Positions 47,419 to 55,803 of a DNA stretch of 64,000 nucleotides are shown piece after piece. Source of the DNA: an uncultured Gammaproteobacteria bacterium (GTDB lineage Bacteria; Patescibacteriota; Patescibacteriia; UBA11705; JABHMO01); contig CAZPYM010000002.1 of assembly GCA_964590105.1 (NCBI GenBank), positions 218,697 to 282,696 of the forward strand. Reading direction: 5' to 3'. Each line of letters opens with the position of its first letter. Within the stretch, counting starts at the first letter, position 1. Both the position numbers and the translations under genes were made by a program. The notes under the pieces were generated by a model, which worked only from the letters and a program-made list of their open reading frames with translations, was not told where the DNA came from and did not search any database.

Positions 47419-48153
47419 ATGGAAGAAAAAGAGCGCGGCTCGATTTTGATTTCAAAGAAGTGGTACAAGCGCTGGTGGGCGATAGTTGGGTTTTGTTTTG
47501 TCGGAATTATAATTTTATTTTCTCCTCTCTATATATATCAGGTTTACAAAGTCTATCATCAGATGAAAGCCGGCGGTTATTTGACAGTTGAAGATTTAAG
47601 CAGGGAAGCGCCGTACAGCATGGATTATATTGTCAATTCAATGTCTCCATGGAAAGGAAATGAAGCGGCTGAAATTCAAATAGTTGAGTTTGGTGATTTT
47701 AATTGCTCTCGTTGCCTGCAAGCTTTTAACATTATGCGAGAACTTGAAGGCAAGTATCATGACAAAATAAAATTTTATTGGCGCAATTATCCTGTGGTTA
47801 GCGGTAGCTCAATCGAGATGGCCAAAGGCGGAGTTTGCGCGCATCAGCAGGGCAAATTTTGGCTGTATCATGATCGCATGTTCCAGCTTCAGGGTCAGAT
47901 AAACGAAGAAAATTTGGCGGAAACTGTTCAAACTTTCGGATTGGACAAAAAAAAGTTTGAAGATTGTTTGGTCAATGATTTAACGTTGGCTCAAATAAAA
48001 AAAGATTATTTCGCCGCTAAAGAAGGCGAAGTCAGCGGCACGCCCACATTTTTTATCAATGGTTATAAATTGCAAGGCGTGGTGCCGTTAACTAATTGGA
48101 TAGACGTAGTGGAAAAATTTTTAGCGATTTATGAAAACAATGCTGGAAATTAG
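47419..48153 (+). CDS. membrane-anchored DsbA-like thiol:disulfide oxidoreductase
   Basis: CSRC (CxxC) within a thioredoxin fold; the 3' end overlaps the porG start. Confidence 0.6.
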   Translation: MEEKERGSILISKKWYKRWWAIVGFCFVGIIILFSPLYIYQVYKVYHQMKAGGYLTVEDLSREAPYSMDYIVNSMSPWKGNEAAEIQIVEFGDFNCSRCLQAFNIMRELEGKYHDKIKFYWRNYPVVSGSSIEMAKGGVCAHQQGKFWLYHDRMFQLQGQINEENLAETVQTFGLDKKKFEDCLVNDLTLAQIKKDYFAAKEGEVSGTPTFFINGYKLQGVVPLTNWIDVVEKFLAIYENNAGN

Positions 48154-48682
48154 AATTCATGGCCGCGGCGGGCAGGGCTCGGTCACGGCGGCAGAATTGA
48201 TCGCGGTCGCCGCTTTTTACGATGGGAAGTATTCGCAGGCTTTTCCTAATTTCGGCGTGGAAAGGCGAGGTGCGCCGGTCATGGCTTACTGCCGTATTTC
48301 TTTGCAGCCGATTCATTTGCGCGAGCAGATTTATTTCCCTGATTATGTGATTGTTCAGGATCCGAGTTTGATTAATGATGACCGCCAAGTCCTTCTGGGG
48401 CTGGAAAAACAAGCATCAATTTTAATTAATACGGAAAAAACAAGTTGGCCGCAGATTAAAAATAAAAATATTGTTATAGTGCCGGCTACGAAAATTGCGC
48501 TGGAAAAGATTGGCAAACCTTTTATTAATACTGCCATTGTCGGCGCCTTTGCCGCCATGAGCGGAGCTGTCAGCCTGGAATCATTGAAAAAAGCCGTTGC
48601 GGAAAGATTCAGTGGACCGCTTGGTGAAACCAATATCGCGGCCTTGGAAGCGGCTTTTGAATTTATCAAAAAGGGCAGATGA
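48131..48682 (+). CDS. porG: 2-oxoacid:ferredoxin oxidoreductase gamma subunit
   Basis: IRIHGRGGQG motif. Confidence 0.85.
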   Translation: MKTMLEIRIHGRGGQGSVTAAELIAVAAFYDGKYSQAFPNFGVERRGAPVMAYCRISLQPIHLREQIYFPDYVIVQDPSLINDDRQVLLGLEKQASILINTEKTSWPQIKNKNIVIVPATKIALEKIGKPFINTAIVGAFAAMSGAVSLESLKKAVAERFSGPLGETNIAALEAAFEFIKKGR

Positions 48683-48689
48683 TCGAGAG

Positions 48690-48760
48690 GAGGTAAAAGT
48701 TAAAAGGGAAAAGTTAAAAGTTAAAAGTTAAAAGTTGAAAGGTGAAATGTGAAATTTCAA
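48690..48760. repeat. tandem (A)AAGTTAAAAG heptamer-like repeats (about 5 copies) followed by gtgaaat/atttcac-like dyads
   Basis: aggtaaaagttaaaagggaaaagttaaaagttaaaagttaaaagttgaaaggtgaaatgtgaaatttcaatgtcac. Confidence 0.7.
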
Positions 48761-48806
48761 TGTCACTTCTCACTTCTCCCGCACTAATCACTAGTTATTT
48801 TATATT

Positions 48807-49079
48807 ATGAAGATAAACATCGCCGTTCAACCCGGTACATCAAAGAAAAATAAAACAGGCAACTGGCGCACATTTGTCCCAATAGTTGATCATGACAGAT
48901 GTATCGCCTGTGGCGCTTGCGCGCGCGTTTGTCCAGAGGGTTGTATTTTTCCGGTTGGCGACAAGGCTCTGCAGGGCAAGGTTTTTTATGAAAAAGATTT
49001 GGATTATTGCAAGGGTTGTGGTATTTGCGCGGAGGAATGTCCTGTTAAGTGTATTAAAATGGAACTTGAAGAAAAATAA
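48807..49079 (+). CDS. porD: PFOR delta subunit (2x[4Fe-4S] ferredoxin)
   Basis: CIACGACARVCP and CKGCGICAEECP. Confidence 0.85.
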   Translation: MKINIAVQPGTSKKNKTGNWRTFVPIVDHDRCIACGACARVCPEGCIFPVGDKALQGKVFYEKDLDYCKGCGICAEECPVKCIKMELEEK

Positions 49080-49726
49080 TAACACGAATAAAACACGAAT
49101 AGCTCGGGAACACGCGAATGACACGAATTAGATGGATGAAATTTAAGGCAAAGGCTCCTTGAGAAAATGCGAATGAATAAATCATGGTGGAAATAATATA
49201 TAAAGAATTATCATATTAAGTAAACGGTATTTTATTTGACGTTCAAAATGAATTGGGGCGATATAGAAGTCGTCGGCAATATGTGGATAAACTGGAACAA
49301 AAAATAATTGCTTTTGGATTAAAATGCGCCAGGGAAATGCCATTGCCGCCGTCGTTCGAAGGTGAAAAAGAAAAAAGAAATATACCTGATTTGGTTGTGG
49401 CGGAAGAAGAAAAAAAGATGGTTATCGAAGTTAAAGTAAAAAGACTTTTAACAAAGGGGGATTATTATCAACTGCAACGCTATTTAGCGAGTGGAAATTT
49501 TCGTCTTGGTATATTGGTCAATTTTCGCCAGCACTATTTGAAACCAAAACGCATTATAAATGCCGAATATAAATCTTGGAAATCCAGTTCAATGTAGTCT
49601 AATCTTTAATTGAATTCGTGTCATTTGCGTGGTAGCCCATTCGTGTTATAGCCCATTCGCTTTTCATATTATATCGGCCATTTAATTCGTGTCCTTCGCG
49701 TGGTGGCCCATTCGTGTTAATTCTAT
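49080..49726. mobile_element. miniature selfish-element-like unit: terminal inverted repeats (AATGACACGAATT / ACACGAAT family) flanking a small PD-(D/E)xK gene, filling the porD-porA gap.
   Basis: Left: taacacgaataaaacacgaat...cgcgaatgacacgaatt. Right: gaattcgtgtcatttgcg...gcccattcgtgtta (x2)...aattcgtgtcc...cccattcgtgttaa. Confidence 0.45.
49253..49597 (+). CDS. GxxExxY-like / PDDEXK_3-family PD-(D/E)xK nuclease-fold protein (114 aa); N-terminal half appears shortened.
   Basis: IPDLVVAEEEKKMVIEVKVKRLLTKGDYYQLQRYLASGNFRLGILVNF resembles the D...E-x-K core and C-terminal LGLLINF block of GxxExxY proteins. Confidence 0.5.
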   Translation: MGRYRSRRQYVDKLEQKIIAFGLKCAREMPLPPSFEGEKEKRNIPDLVVAEEEKKMVIEVKVKRLLTKGDYYQLQRYLASGNFRLGILVNFRQHYLKPKRIINAEYKSWKSSSM

Positions 49727-50872
49727 ATGAAGTATTGTATTGAAGGCTCAAACGCCGTAGCCCGAACAGTAAATCTATGCCGGCCCGGAGTAGTCAGTGC
49801 TTATCCGATTACTCCGCAAACGCATATAGTCGAAGACTTGTCCAAACTCAGATCTGACGGACAAGCTGATTTTGAATATGTGCGCGCGGAAAGCGAATTC
49901 AGCGCGGCCTCGATCGTGCTCGGCGCCAGCGCCGCCGGCGCGCGTACTTATACCGCGACTTGTTCGCAGGGTTTGCTTTTGATGTCCGAAGTAATATTTA
50001 CAATTGCCGGCATGCGCCTGCCCGTTGTTTTGACCTGCGCCAATCGAGCGGTTTCGGCGCCGATCAATATTTGGAATGATCAGCAGGACGCGATGACTGT
50101 GCGCGACAGCGGCTGGATAATGTTTTTTGCGGAAAATAATCAGGAAGTTGTTGATTTTCATATCTTGGCATTCAAAATCGCCGAACAAACCAAAATACCG
50201 GTCATGGTCAATATGGATGGTTTTGTTTTGACGCACACTTTTGAGCCGGTGGAAATTCCGGAGCAGGCAATGGTGGATTCTTATTTGCCGGCCTATTGTC
50301 CTGAACCGGGCCAGTTTCTGGATCCTGAAAACCCGGTCAGTCTCGGCTGTTTTGCCACGCCGGCTGATTACATGGAAATTCGTCAGGATTTGGCCAGTGA
50401 TTTGGAGGTTTCAAAAAAAATTATAAAAAAAGAATTTGATAGTTATAGAAAAATATTCAAGCGCGGCGATGACGGACTGGTGGAATATTACGGCAGCAAA
50501 AACGCGGCAGTAGTTTTCATGGCCATGGGTTCGGTTGTCGGCACGATTCGCGCGTCAGTTGACGAAATAAACAACGCTGGCGGCAGCGCTGCAGTTCTAA
50601 AAATTAAATGTTTTCGGCCGTTTCCAACCTTGGAAATTATCAAGGCCTTGTCGGGCGCGAAGAATGTCGCGGTCATTGACAAGAGCATCTCGCTCGGCAA
50701 TGAAGGAATTCTGGCCAGTGAGGTCAAGGCGGCAATGCGGGATCCAAAAATAAAAATCCAATCTTTTGTTGCCGGTCTCGGTGGGCGTGATATTACCAGG
50801 AAGATGATTGCCGCTATTTATAAACAAGCGCAAAAGGGGAACAGTGGACTGGTGTTTGTGGGGAAATGCTGA
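49727..50872 (+). CDS. porA: PFOR alpha subunit
   Basis: 381-aa POR domain I/VI pattern; directly follows the inserted element. Confidence 0.85.
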   Translation: MKYCIEGSNAVARTVNLCRPGVVSAYPITPQTHIVEDLSKLRSDGQADFEYVRAESEFSAASIVLGASAAGARTYTATCSQGLLLMSEVIFTIAGMRLPVVLTCANRAVSAPINIWNDQQDAMTVRDSGWIMFFAENNQEVVDFHILAFKIAEQTKIPVMVNMDGFVLTHTFEPVEIPEQAMVDSYLPAYCPEPGQFLDPENPVSLGCFATPADYMEIRQDLASDLEVSKKIIKKEFDSYRKIFKRGDDGLVEYYGSKNAAVVFMAMGSVVGTIRASVDEINNAGGSAAVLKIKCFRPFPTLEIIKALSGAKNVAVIDKSISLGNEGILASEVKAAMRDPKIKIQSFVAGLGGRDITRKMIAAIYKQAQKGNSGLVFVGKC

Positions 50873-51147
50873 TTTCCTTTGGCAGGAATGGATTCCTCGA
50901 CTTCGCTCCGCTCCGCTCGGAATGACACGGCAGGGGGGGGCAGCATTATTCGAAATGACAAAGAGAGAAGGCAGAGCATTTTCCTTCTTGTCATTTCGAC
51001 TGGAGTGAGCCGAACTCGTCGCGAGAATAAATATCAAATCTGGGCGAACGGAATGGAGAAATCTAGAAACTATTTACGGTTTGAATAATACAGCGTGATT
51101 CTTGCTATATTTAAAGTATATTTCCATCATACATATTTCAAAATTTT

Positions 51148-54027
51148 ATGACTAAATTCACCAAACTATTTATTTTATCAACAGTGGTTTTAATATTACT
51201 GCAATCTTTTAATTTAATATATTTTGTTTCAGTTCCGACTGCTCTGGCCTCTGCGAAACAGTGCGACTGTGCAGGAACTTCATATCCGCCGGCTGATCCG
51301 TGCACTGCCGCATGCGTAGGTAAGCTTCCTTTGGTTACGGACGTGTGCGTTTGCGATGACGGAACAGTAGAAGATATAAAATTGCCGACTGATACTTGTG
51401 CTGTCTTGTGCCCGGTGGCGCCCCCGCCTACGCCTAAGCCTACGTCCCCTGCTCCTTCAGGAACACCAAAATCCACTCCGTCGGCGGTTCCAAAGGCTGG
51501 CTTTAATTTGGAAGAAGCGAAGATCAATATTCAGTTCGGCGATCTGCCTACGAGTTTTACGGCCGTGGATGAGGCGCCGTGCAAATGCACCCCCGCGGAA
51601 AAAGCAAAAGATGCAAAATATTGCGAGGATTATGAAAAGAAAATGTGCATCCGTATTCCCTGGGTTGCTCAATATCTGAATGCGGTTTATCGCTATGGCG
51701 TGACGCTCGGATCATTGCTTGCTGTATTAATGTTGATGATCGGCGGGGTGATGTACATGATGGGCGGACTGAATCAGACCATGATTTCCAAAGCCAAGAG
51801 CATGATGTCCGGCGCGGTTTTAGGTTTAATCTTATTGCTCGGCACTTATGTTTTGTTGAATACTATTAACCCGAATTTAATAAAATTGGAACCGATAAAG
51901 ATTGAGGTAGTCAGAGAGAAGGGGATTTCTTCCTTTACTTTTTGTAATGAGGTGCCAGCAGCTAAGTACAAGGTGACTGATAATACGTGTGGCCAGGAAG
52001 GTTCGTATGAAATAAAAGATAAAAGTATTGACGAAGAACCTGGCAAGTGTATTGGCTCTATATGTAAGCCATCGGCAGATGGGCACAAACAATGGTGTTT
52101 GCCGTCACCAGAAGACAAAGCGATGAAAGAAAATAAAGTTACTTGTATTGACGCCGCGGTTTGGGGATATCTGAAGTATGATGATGGCAGGTTTTTGGAT
52201 TCGATAGGTTTATATGCTTTGGGAGGATATAGTGATGCGGATTGTGTAGCATTAGATAGTGACGCTACTTCCACCTGCGCCGACCCGATTAAAGATAACC
52301 CAGGAGACGGCGATAAAGTATATTATATTAGATGGAGTGATATAAAGGCCGCTGTGGCGAGTAAAAAATCGAGTGCAAAAGATTCATATATGCTGATGAT
52401 TGAACTTAATGATACCGGGGCGTCCAACGCCGCTGTCACCAATTCCAAAATTGTTGTTGCTACCCAGGCGGGCATGAGTTGGATTGGCTTTGACGGAACA
52501 ATTGACGATGAGTATTATGTCGCTCTAAATCCGGAAAATCCTATTAGCACAGAAAAAGATAATGAGGCTTATAATGGTATATGGATAGAGCCTTGCGACA
52601 CTACTGTTGTTTGGATGAGTCCCAAGGGGGAGGGCTGGATGTCCGGCGGACTCCCAGCGGAAAAAGGGAAAAAGTGGAAAACAATGAGGGCTTATGATGT
52701 TGAAACTAGTGGTATTAGATTAGATATTGATTCAAAAGATTTTCAAGAGGACGCGGATATTGATTGTTCTTTAGCTGATAAAATGTTCGGTGCTTCATTG
52801 AAGGTTGGAGCAATATGTGGAAGTAATAAGGAGTGTCTTAGCGATGATTGTGAACTGGAGCAGGGATCAAAGAGATGTGAATGTAATGAAGATGAAGATT
52901 GCAAAAATGAAGTTGCTCCGGGAGATCCGCAAAAAGACAAGTTAGTTTGCGCCACCTCTTGGAATATTTGGAATAGTTGTATTGTGGGTAAGGCAATTGG
53001 CGCATCTTGTTCGGACAATAGCCAGTGCAACAGCGGTAGTTGTTCCGGCGGAAAGTGCGAATGTTCAAAAAAAGAGGATTGTGCATATCAGCCTTATAGT
53101 ACAGCACCGGATTTTTTCAAGAAGAAAAAGATAGACGGAGTTTTGTATGGTTATGCCTGCATTAAAAATATATTTTCGGCAAATGAGTGTAAGTATAAGA
53201 GAGAGCAAGGTGAAGCCTGTGATAAGGCTGAGCAATGTATCAGCAATAATTGTGTGGGTGGATCTTGTATGTGCGATGACGATGCTGACTGTCCAGAAGG
53301 ATCATATTGCGAAACCGTGACCGGTGCTTGTATGTTGCAGCATCTTAATTTGGAAATATGTGACGAGGGAAATAACAAATCTTGTTATAAGGGCATGGAT
53401 TGCGAGGAAGACCACTGGTATGGTGAGGGAACTACAGAAACGCGATGCGAATGTAACAATAATGAAGATTGTGGGCCGGATGCCGTTTGTATTGACATTG
53501 AGGATGGTTGCGGTTGGAATTATTGTCTTGCGAACGACGTGGGTGCGCCTGGTGTGCCATATGGCTATAGCTCTGTTGGTGATTCAACTGTAGTTGCGTC
53601 GCAAAAATATTGGGGACTTTGTGATGCTGATTCCGATTGCGCCGGTACAGCTTTGTCGCCGGGTGATTGTATAACAGATTGGGGAAAGAATAATTGTAAT
53701 GCTTGCAAGAGCACTGATGGAACAGCTTTGATAGGGGGAAAATGTCCTAGTTCTGATAAAGATGCTTGTGGCTATAAGCTTTTTTGTACAGATGAGTGGA
53801 GCACAAATATTTGTGCTCCCGCGTCAGCTATCGCCTGCGGCATCAACGATAGTTTGTGCGTTGGTGGTGGATGGAAAAAGGGAACTTGCGAGGGAACCCT
53901 TTGCGATTGTGGTGGCGATGATGACTGTTCGGCTGGTTATCTGTGTGCAAATAATACGTCCGGTGAGTATAACGGCAACGATATGTGCATCCCTGATTCA
54001 TACAAAGATATTGCTGATAACCTTTAA
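51148..54027 (+). CDS. secreted 959-aa cysteine-rich protein with an embedded T4SS-pilin-like (PF18895-type) transmembrane hairpin
   Basis: Signal peptide. IGGVMYMMGGLNQTMISKAKSMMSGAVLGLILLLGTYVLLNTINPNLI matches the GG..YM.GGN...AK...IGL...IVNxI pilin pattern. About 720 aa of CxxxxC/CxSxxC modules follow. Confidence 0.6.
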   Translation: MTKFTKLFILSTVVLILLQSFNLIYFVSVPTALASAKQCDCAGTSYPPADPCTAACVGKLPLVTDVCVCDDGTVEDIKLPTDTCAVLCPVAPPPTPKPTSPAPSGTPKSTPSAVPKAGFNLEEAKINIQFGDLPTSFTAVDEAPCKCTPAEKAKDAKYCEDYEKKMCIRIPWVAQYLNAVYRYGVTLGSLLAVLMLMIGGVMYMMGGLNQTMISKAKSMMSGAVLGLILLLGTYVLLNTINPNLIKLEPIKIEVVREKGISSFTFCNEVPAAKYKVTDNTCGQEGSYEIKDKSIDEEPGKCIGSICKPSADGHKQWCLPSPEDKAMKENKVTCIDAAVWGYLKYDDGRFLDSIGLYALGGYSDADCVALDSDATSTCADPIKDNPGDGDKVYYIRWSDIKAAVASKKSSAKDSYMLMIELNDTGASNAAVTNSKIVVATQAGMSWIGFDGTIDDEYYVALNPENPISTEKDNEAYNGIWIEPCDTTVVWMSPKGEGWMSGGLPAEKGKKWKTMRAYDVETSGIRLDIDSKDFQEDADIDCSLADKMFGASLKVGAICGSNKECLSDDCELEQGSKRCECNEDEDCKNEVAPGDPQKDKLVCATSWNIWNSCIVGKAIGASCSDNSQCNSGSCSGGKCECSKKEDCAYQPYSTAPDFFKKKKIDGVLYGYACIKNIFSANECKYKREQGEACDKAEQCISNNCVGGSCMCDDDADCPEGSYCETVTGACMLQHLNLEICDEGNNKSCYKGMDCEEDHWYGEGTTETRCECNNNEDCGPDAVCIDIEDGCGWNYCLANDVGAPGVPYGYSSVGDSTVVASQKYWGLCDADSDCAGTALSPGDCITDWGKNNCNACKSTDGTALIGGKCPSSDKDACGYKLFCTDEWSTNICAPASAIACGINDSLCVGGGWKKGTCEGTLCDCGGDDDCSAGYLCANNTSGEYNGNDMCIPDSYKDIADNL

Positions 54028-54028
54028 G

Positions 54029-54949
54029 ATGTTTATGCCATACCAAATGCCATTTAATCATTTACTAAATCCCGGACACTCGGCCTGCGCAGGTTGTGGT
54101 GAGATTTTGGCTATGCGGCATGTGCTCGCGGCGGCGGGGGGAAATACGATTATTGCCAATGCCACCGGTTGCAGTGAAGTGACAACTACTCGCTACCCGA
54201 TGAGCGCATTCAAAGTTCCATGGATTCACGCCAACTTTGAAAACGCCGCGGCAGTCGCGTCCGGTGTTTTAGCGGCTTTAAACTTTAAGCGTCAATTAAC
54301 CAATCAACCAATTAACCAATCAACCAATATCCTTGCCTGGGGAGGCGATGGCGCTACTTTTGACATTGGATTTGGTTTAATCTCTGGGTCTTGGTACCGG
54401 CGGGAAAATATTTTATATGTTTGTTTTGACAATGAAGCTTATGAAAACACGGGGATTCAAGCCAGCGGAGCCACTCCGCTTGGCGCCAATACCACGACTA
54501 CTCCGTCGGGCAAAGTTTCATTTGGCAATCAGCTGAAAAAAAAGGACATGGTGAAAATCGCGCTGGCGCATGAATGCGTTTATGTTGCCACGGCCACAGT
54601 CGGCAATGTGATTGACATCGGGAACAAAGTAAAAAAAGCTTTGCAAATTCCCGGTCCCAAATATTTGCAAATACTCTGCACCTGCGTGCCGGGCTGGCAT
54701 ACTGATTCAAAGGATACTATTACTATAGCCAAACTCGCTCAACAAACCGGGATTTATCCGATTGTTGAATATGAGAACGGCAAACTAACGAACGCAGTTA
54801 AATGTCCGAAACCGCGACCAAAAGTTGAAGAATATTTCAAATTGCAAGGACGCTATAAACATTTATTCAAGTCGGATGAAGGCAAAGCGGAGATAGAATT
54901 AATTCAAAAAATCGCGGATGAGAATGTGGAGAAATACGATTTGCAATAA
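54029..54949 (+). CDS. porB: PFOR beta subunit (TPP-binding)
   Basis: GHSACAGCGE and GGDGATFDIG TPP motifs. ATG lies 2 nt after the upstream stop. Confidence 0.85.
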   Translation: MFMPYQMPFNHLLNPGHSACAGCGEILAMRHVLAAAGGNTIIANATGCSEVTTTRYPMSAFKVPWIHANFENAAAVASGVLAALNFKRQLTNQPINQSTNILAWGGDGATFDIGFGLISGSWYRRENILYVCFDNEAYENTGIQASGATPLGANTTTTPSGKVSFGNQLKKKDMVKIALAHECVYVATATVGNVIDIGNKVKKALQIPGPKYLQILCTCVPGWHTDSKDTITIAKLAQQTGIYPIVEYENGKLTNAVKCPKPRPKVEEYFKLQGRYKHLFKSDEGKAEIELIQKIADENVEKYDLQ

Positions 54950-55013
54950 TTTATTTTAATGAGTATAATAGTAAAAATATTAAACTGTTAAATCGTGAAA
55001 CCGTTCAATTTAT

Positions 55014-55325
55014 ATGGCCGAAGCAACGACCGATGAAATTTTGTCCGCAGTTAATAACTTCGCTAATAAAGTTGATAAGCGTTTTGATAAAGTTGAAGCG
55101 AGGTTAGATTCTCTTGACAAACGAACCGGTCATCTTGAAAATCAAATGGTTACAAAGGATTATCTTGACAACAAACTTGCGGATTTGCGAGGCGATTTAG
55201 TGGTGGCTGTTCGTAGGGAGGATGAAAAGGTTGATACTTTGGTCGGCAAATTACAGGAGGAAGATTCGCTGTCCGAGTTGTCAGCGCAGGAAGTTTTGAA
55301 AATTAAGCCATTAGCCAGGACGTAA
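55014..55325 (+). CDS. hypothetical coiled-coil protein (103 aa)
   Basis: Heptad-rich charged sequence; own terminator downstream. Confidence 0.45.
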   Translation: MAEATTDEILSAVNNFANKVDKRFDKVEARLDSLDKRTGHLENQMVTKDYLDNKLADLRGDLVVAVRREDEKVDTLVGKLQEEDSLSELSAQEVLKIKPLART

Positions 55326-55344
55326 TAGGAATAGGATGAATATA

Positions 55345-55369
55345 AATAGGTATTTTGCCTATTTTTTTA
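55345..55369 (+). terminator. rho-independent terminator
   Basis: aataggtattttgcctattttttt. Confidence 0.6.
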
Positions 55370-55510
55370 TTTAATTTTAGCCACACTTGACAATACGTAG
55401 TTTTGTGTTAAGATATAATGTTCGTAATAATATATGGATGCGAACGTCTTATATTGTGAATAACACAAAAAAGATTAAATTGTAAGAAGCAAGTTTTATT
55501 AATTGATTTT

Positions 55511-55687
55511 ATGAATAGTTATCAAACAATTCAAAAAATGAATGCAGGCATGACTAGATGGAATACATCTGGTGCTGTTTTCGGTGCCGGATTGCGCGCG
55601 CGTGCATATGCACCCGCCCAATCGAGGACAGGAAATCTTGGCAGTTTTTTGATTGAAGGCAAATTGTTTGATAATATGAAAACCTAA
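55511..55687 (+). CDS. candidate small protein (58 aa) with a dedicated terminator
   Basis: MNSYQTIQKMNAGMTRWNTSGAVFGAGLRARAYAPAQSRTGNLGSFLIEGKLFDNMKT. It competes with antisense ORFs, but only this frame is followed by a terminator. Confidence 0.3.
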   Translation: MNSYQTIQKMNAGMTRWNTSGAVFGAGLRARAYAPAQSRTGNLGSFLIEGKLFDNMKT

Positions 55688-55715
55688 AACAAATTTCTTC
55701 ATTATAAAAATGCAA

Positions 55716-55745
55716 AGACGTCCTGTTCTCTGGACGTTTTTTTGA
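55716..55745 (+). terminator. rho-independent terminator
   Basis: agacgtcctgttctctggacgtttttttt. Confidence 0.65.
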
Positions 55746-55803
55746 TCTTTTACAATTTTCGAAACAAAACATTAGTCTAGCGGCTAATACAAGGGAGGCG
55801 AAC

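Noticed and set aside
53762-54028. N-terminal 89-aa extension of the porB ORF in the track
   Set aside because: It overlaps the 3' end of the Cys-rich gene in another frame. The conserved PorB sequence starts at the ATG at 54029 (MFMPYQ...), 2 nt after the upstream stop.
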